Source of the DNA: Lama guanicoe | Taxonomy: Eukaryota | DNA: 64,000 nucleotides | NCBI GenBank assembly: GCA_013239625.1 | Contig: MU053881.1 | Span: forward strand, 5,541,957-5,605,956 | Direction of reading: 5' to 3' | Shown: piece by piece, positions 62,694 through 64,000 of the stretch | Numbering within the stretch: the stretch's first letter is position 1 | Layout: every line of letters begins with the position of its first letter | Program-made: the position numbers and the translations under genes | The notes under the pieces: generated by a model | What the model saw: only the letters and a program-made list of their open reading frames with translations | Told to the model about the DNA's origin: nothing | The model's database searches: none

Positions 62694-63178
62694 TTGATAC
62701 ACCATCTTAAATCCTTTTTGGAAAAGACGGAATATATTATATATTGCATATAAGAAATTTAAAAAATCATTCCCTGAAAGCTGAGCGGTTCTAGTTGTTT
62801 TTCATTTGTCTGTTTTGCTGGCACTTTGGTGAACATCATTACACACACTTTTGTATTTAAGATTATAGCGTTAACGTAGATTCCTAGATTGGGAATTACT
62901 GGATCAGAAGAGTATGGATATTTTAAAGTTTCTTGCTCTTTATTGCTGAACTGCTCCCCTAAACAGCTCTTCAATTTATATTCTCATTAGCAAGTCGGAA
63001 GGTGCAGGTCTTAATACATTCCTACAGCAGTAGGTATATTTTTTAATGATCACTAATTTGCTAGTTAGCAAATGGCATCTGGTAGTTGACTTAGAACGTG
63101 CGTCTCTGAGTCCACACTCGAGGGCTGTGGGTGGAGGGAAGTCCATCGAATACCCTATCGGAGATTCTTGTCTTGCAG

Positions 63179-63251
63179 CTGACTTTGGTGTGTCTGCCAA
63201 GAATCTGAAAACTCTGCAGAAACGAGATTCCTTCATAGGAACGCCTTACTG
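63179..63251 (+). CDS. STK10: STK10 coding exon 5 (73 nt): DFG motif and activation segment
   Basis: Acceptor TCTTGCAG|CT. Translation (A)[23 protein letters not shown](W). Donor TG|GTGAGT. Phase 1-2. The gene continues beyond the window. Confidence 0.97.
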
Positions 63252-64000
63252 GTGAGTGTGTAGCTTCTGGAAATGGAACGGTGGGCTGAGCTTTGCGCCT
63301 CCAAGTCCCCACGGTGACAGAAGGCGGGGGCTCCTGAGTCAGCCTGCTGGGTCTGAGCCCAGACTCCCCCACGTACTAGCACTGAGGCCTTGGCCGCGTC
63401 TCTCGCCTTCCCGTGCCTCAGTTTCCTCATCTGTAAAATCAGGGGTGTAGCAGCTCCTACGTAATGGGTTATTGTGAGGATTAAATGGGATGATGCATAT
63501 AGAAAATGCCCCATTAATAACAACTGCACTGAAACCCCAGAGAAAATGGTTCGTGATGAATTCAACACGTATGAATTCAACAGGGGGCTGGGGCTGGGGC
63601 CATGAAGGTGAATCCTACCCTCGTGTGAAGTCTCCCCAGACCTCTCTAGTTCACTGTGTTTTCTTCTTTTCCAAAACTATTACTTAAACAACAACAACAA
63701 AGCCTCTCTCAGTTTCACACCTAACTGCTTCCTGTTTTTCACATGCGTTAATTGCTTCCTATTGTGGAGTTAGGTTCCTTTCTTGCTTATTACTCACTCA
63801 CTCTTTCTCTCTCTGCCCTTTTATTCCTTTGTCCTTTTCTGTCCCATCCTCCTCTCTGTGCTGTCCTGTTCTCATACCCACCCCTCCCAGGACCCTGTGT
63901 TCTGGATGGCTGCTGCCATCTTGTGGTAGGAATCGGGAACTGCAGCAAGACCTGGTGGTGGAGCCGCTTGGAAGGCGTCTTTTCTGTGTGAAAACCGTGC

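Overview
Mammalian nuclear DNA, most likely from a camelid, judged from seven copies of a tRNA-derived vic-1-like SINE. The window holds the CpG-island promoter and coding exons 1-5 of STK10 (LOK, Ste20-family kinase) on the + strand: 593 coding nt with all GT-AG junctions in frame. The gene continues past the window end. The introns are filled with ordinary mammalian repeats (L1, L2, MIR, MLT1, an ERV1-type solo LTR, hAT and Tigger DNA transposons). The most notable extra element is a full-length processed retrocopy of CISD1 (mitoNEET), antisense in intron 4. It has a target-site duplication, a poly(A) remnant and an open frame that keeps all four [2Fe-2S] ligands, but its first ATG is lost and its C-terminus is frameshifted. 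There is also a candidate internal regulatory element (RFX/STAT/ETS and CRE motifs) upstream of exon 3. I see no convincing wholly new biological system. Repeat family names and protein comparisons come from recalled consensus sequences, not database searches, and repeat boundaries are approximate unless a TSD is given.
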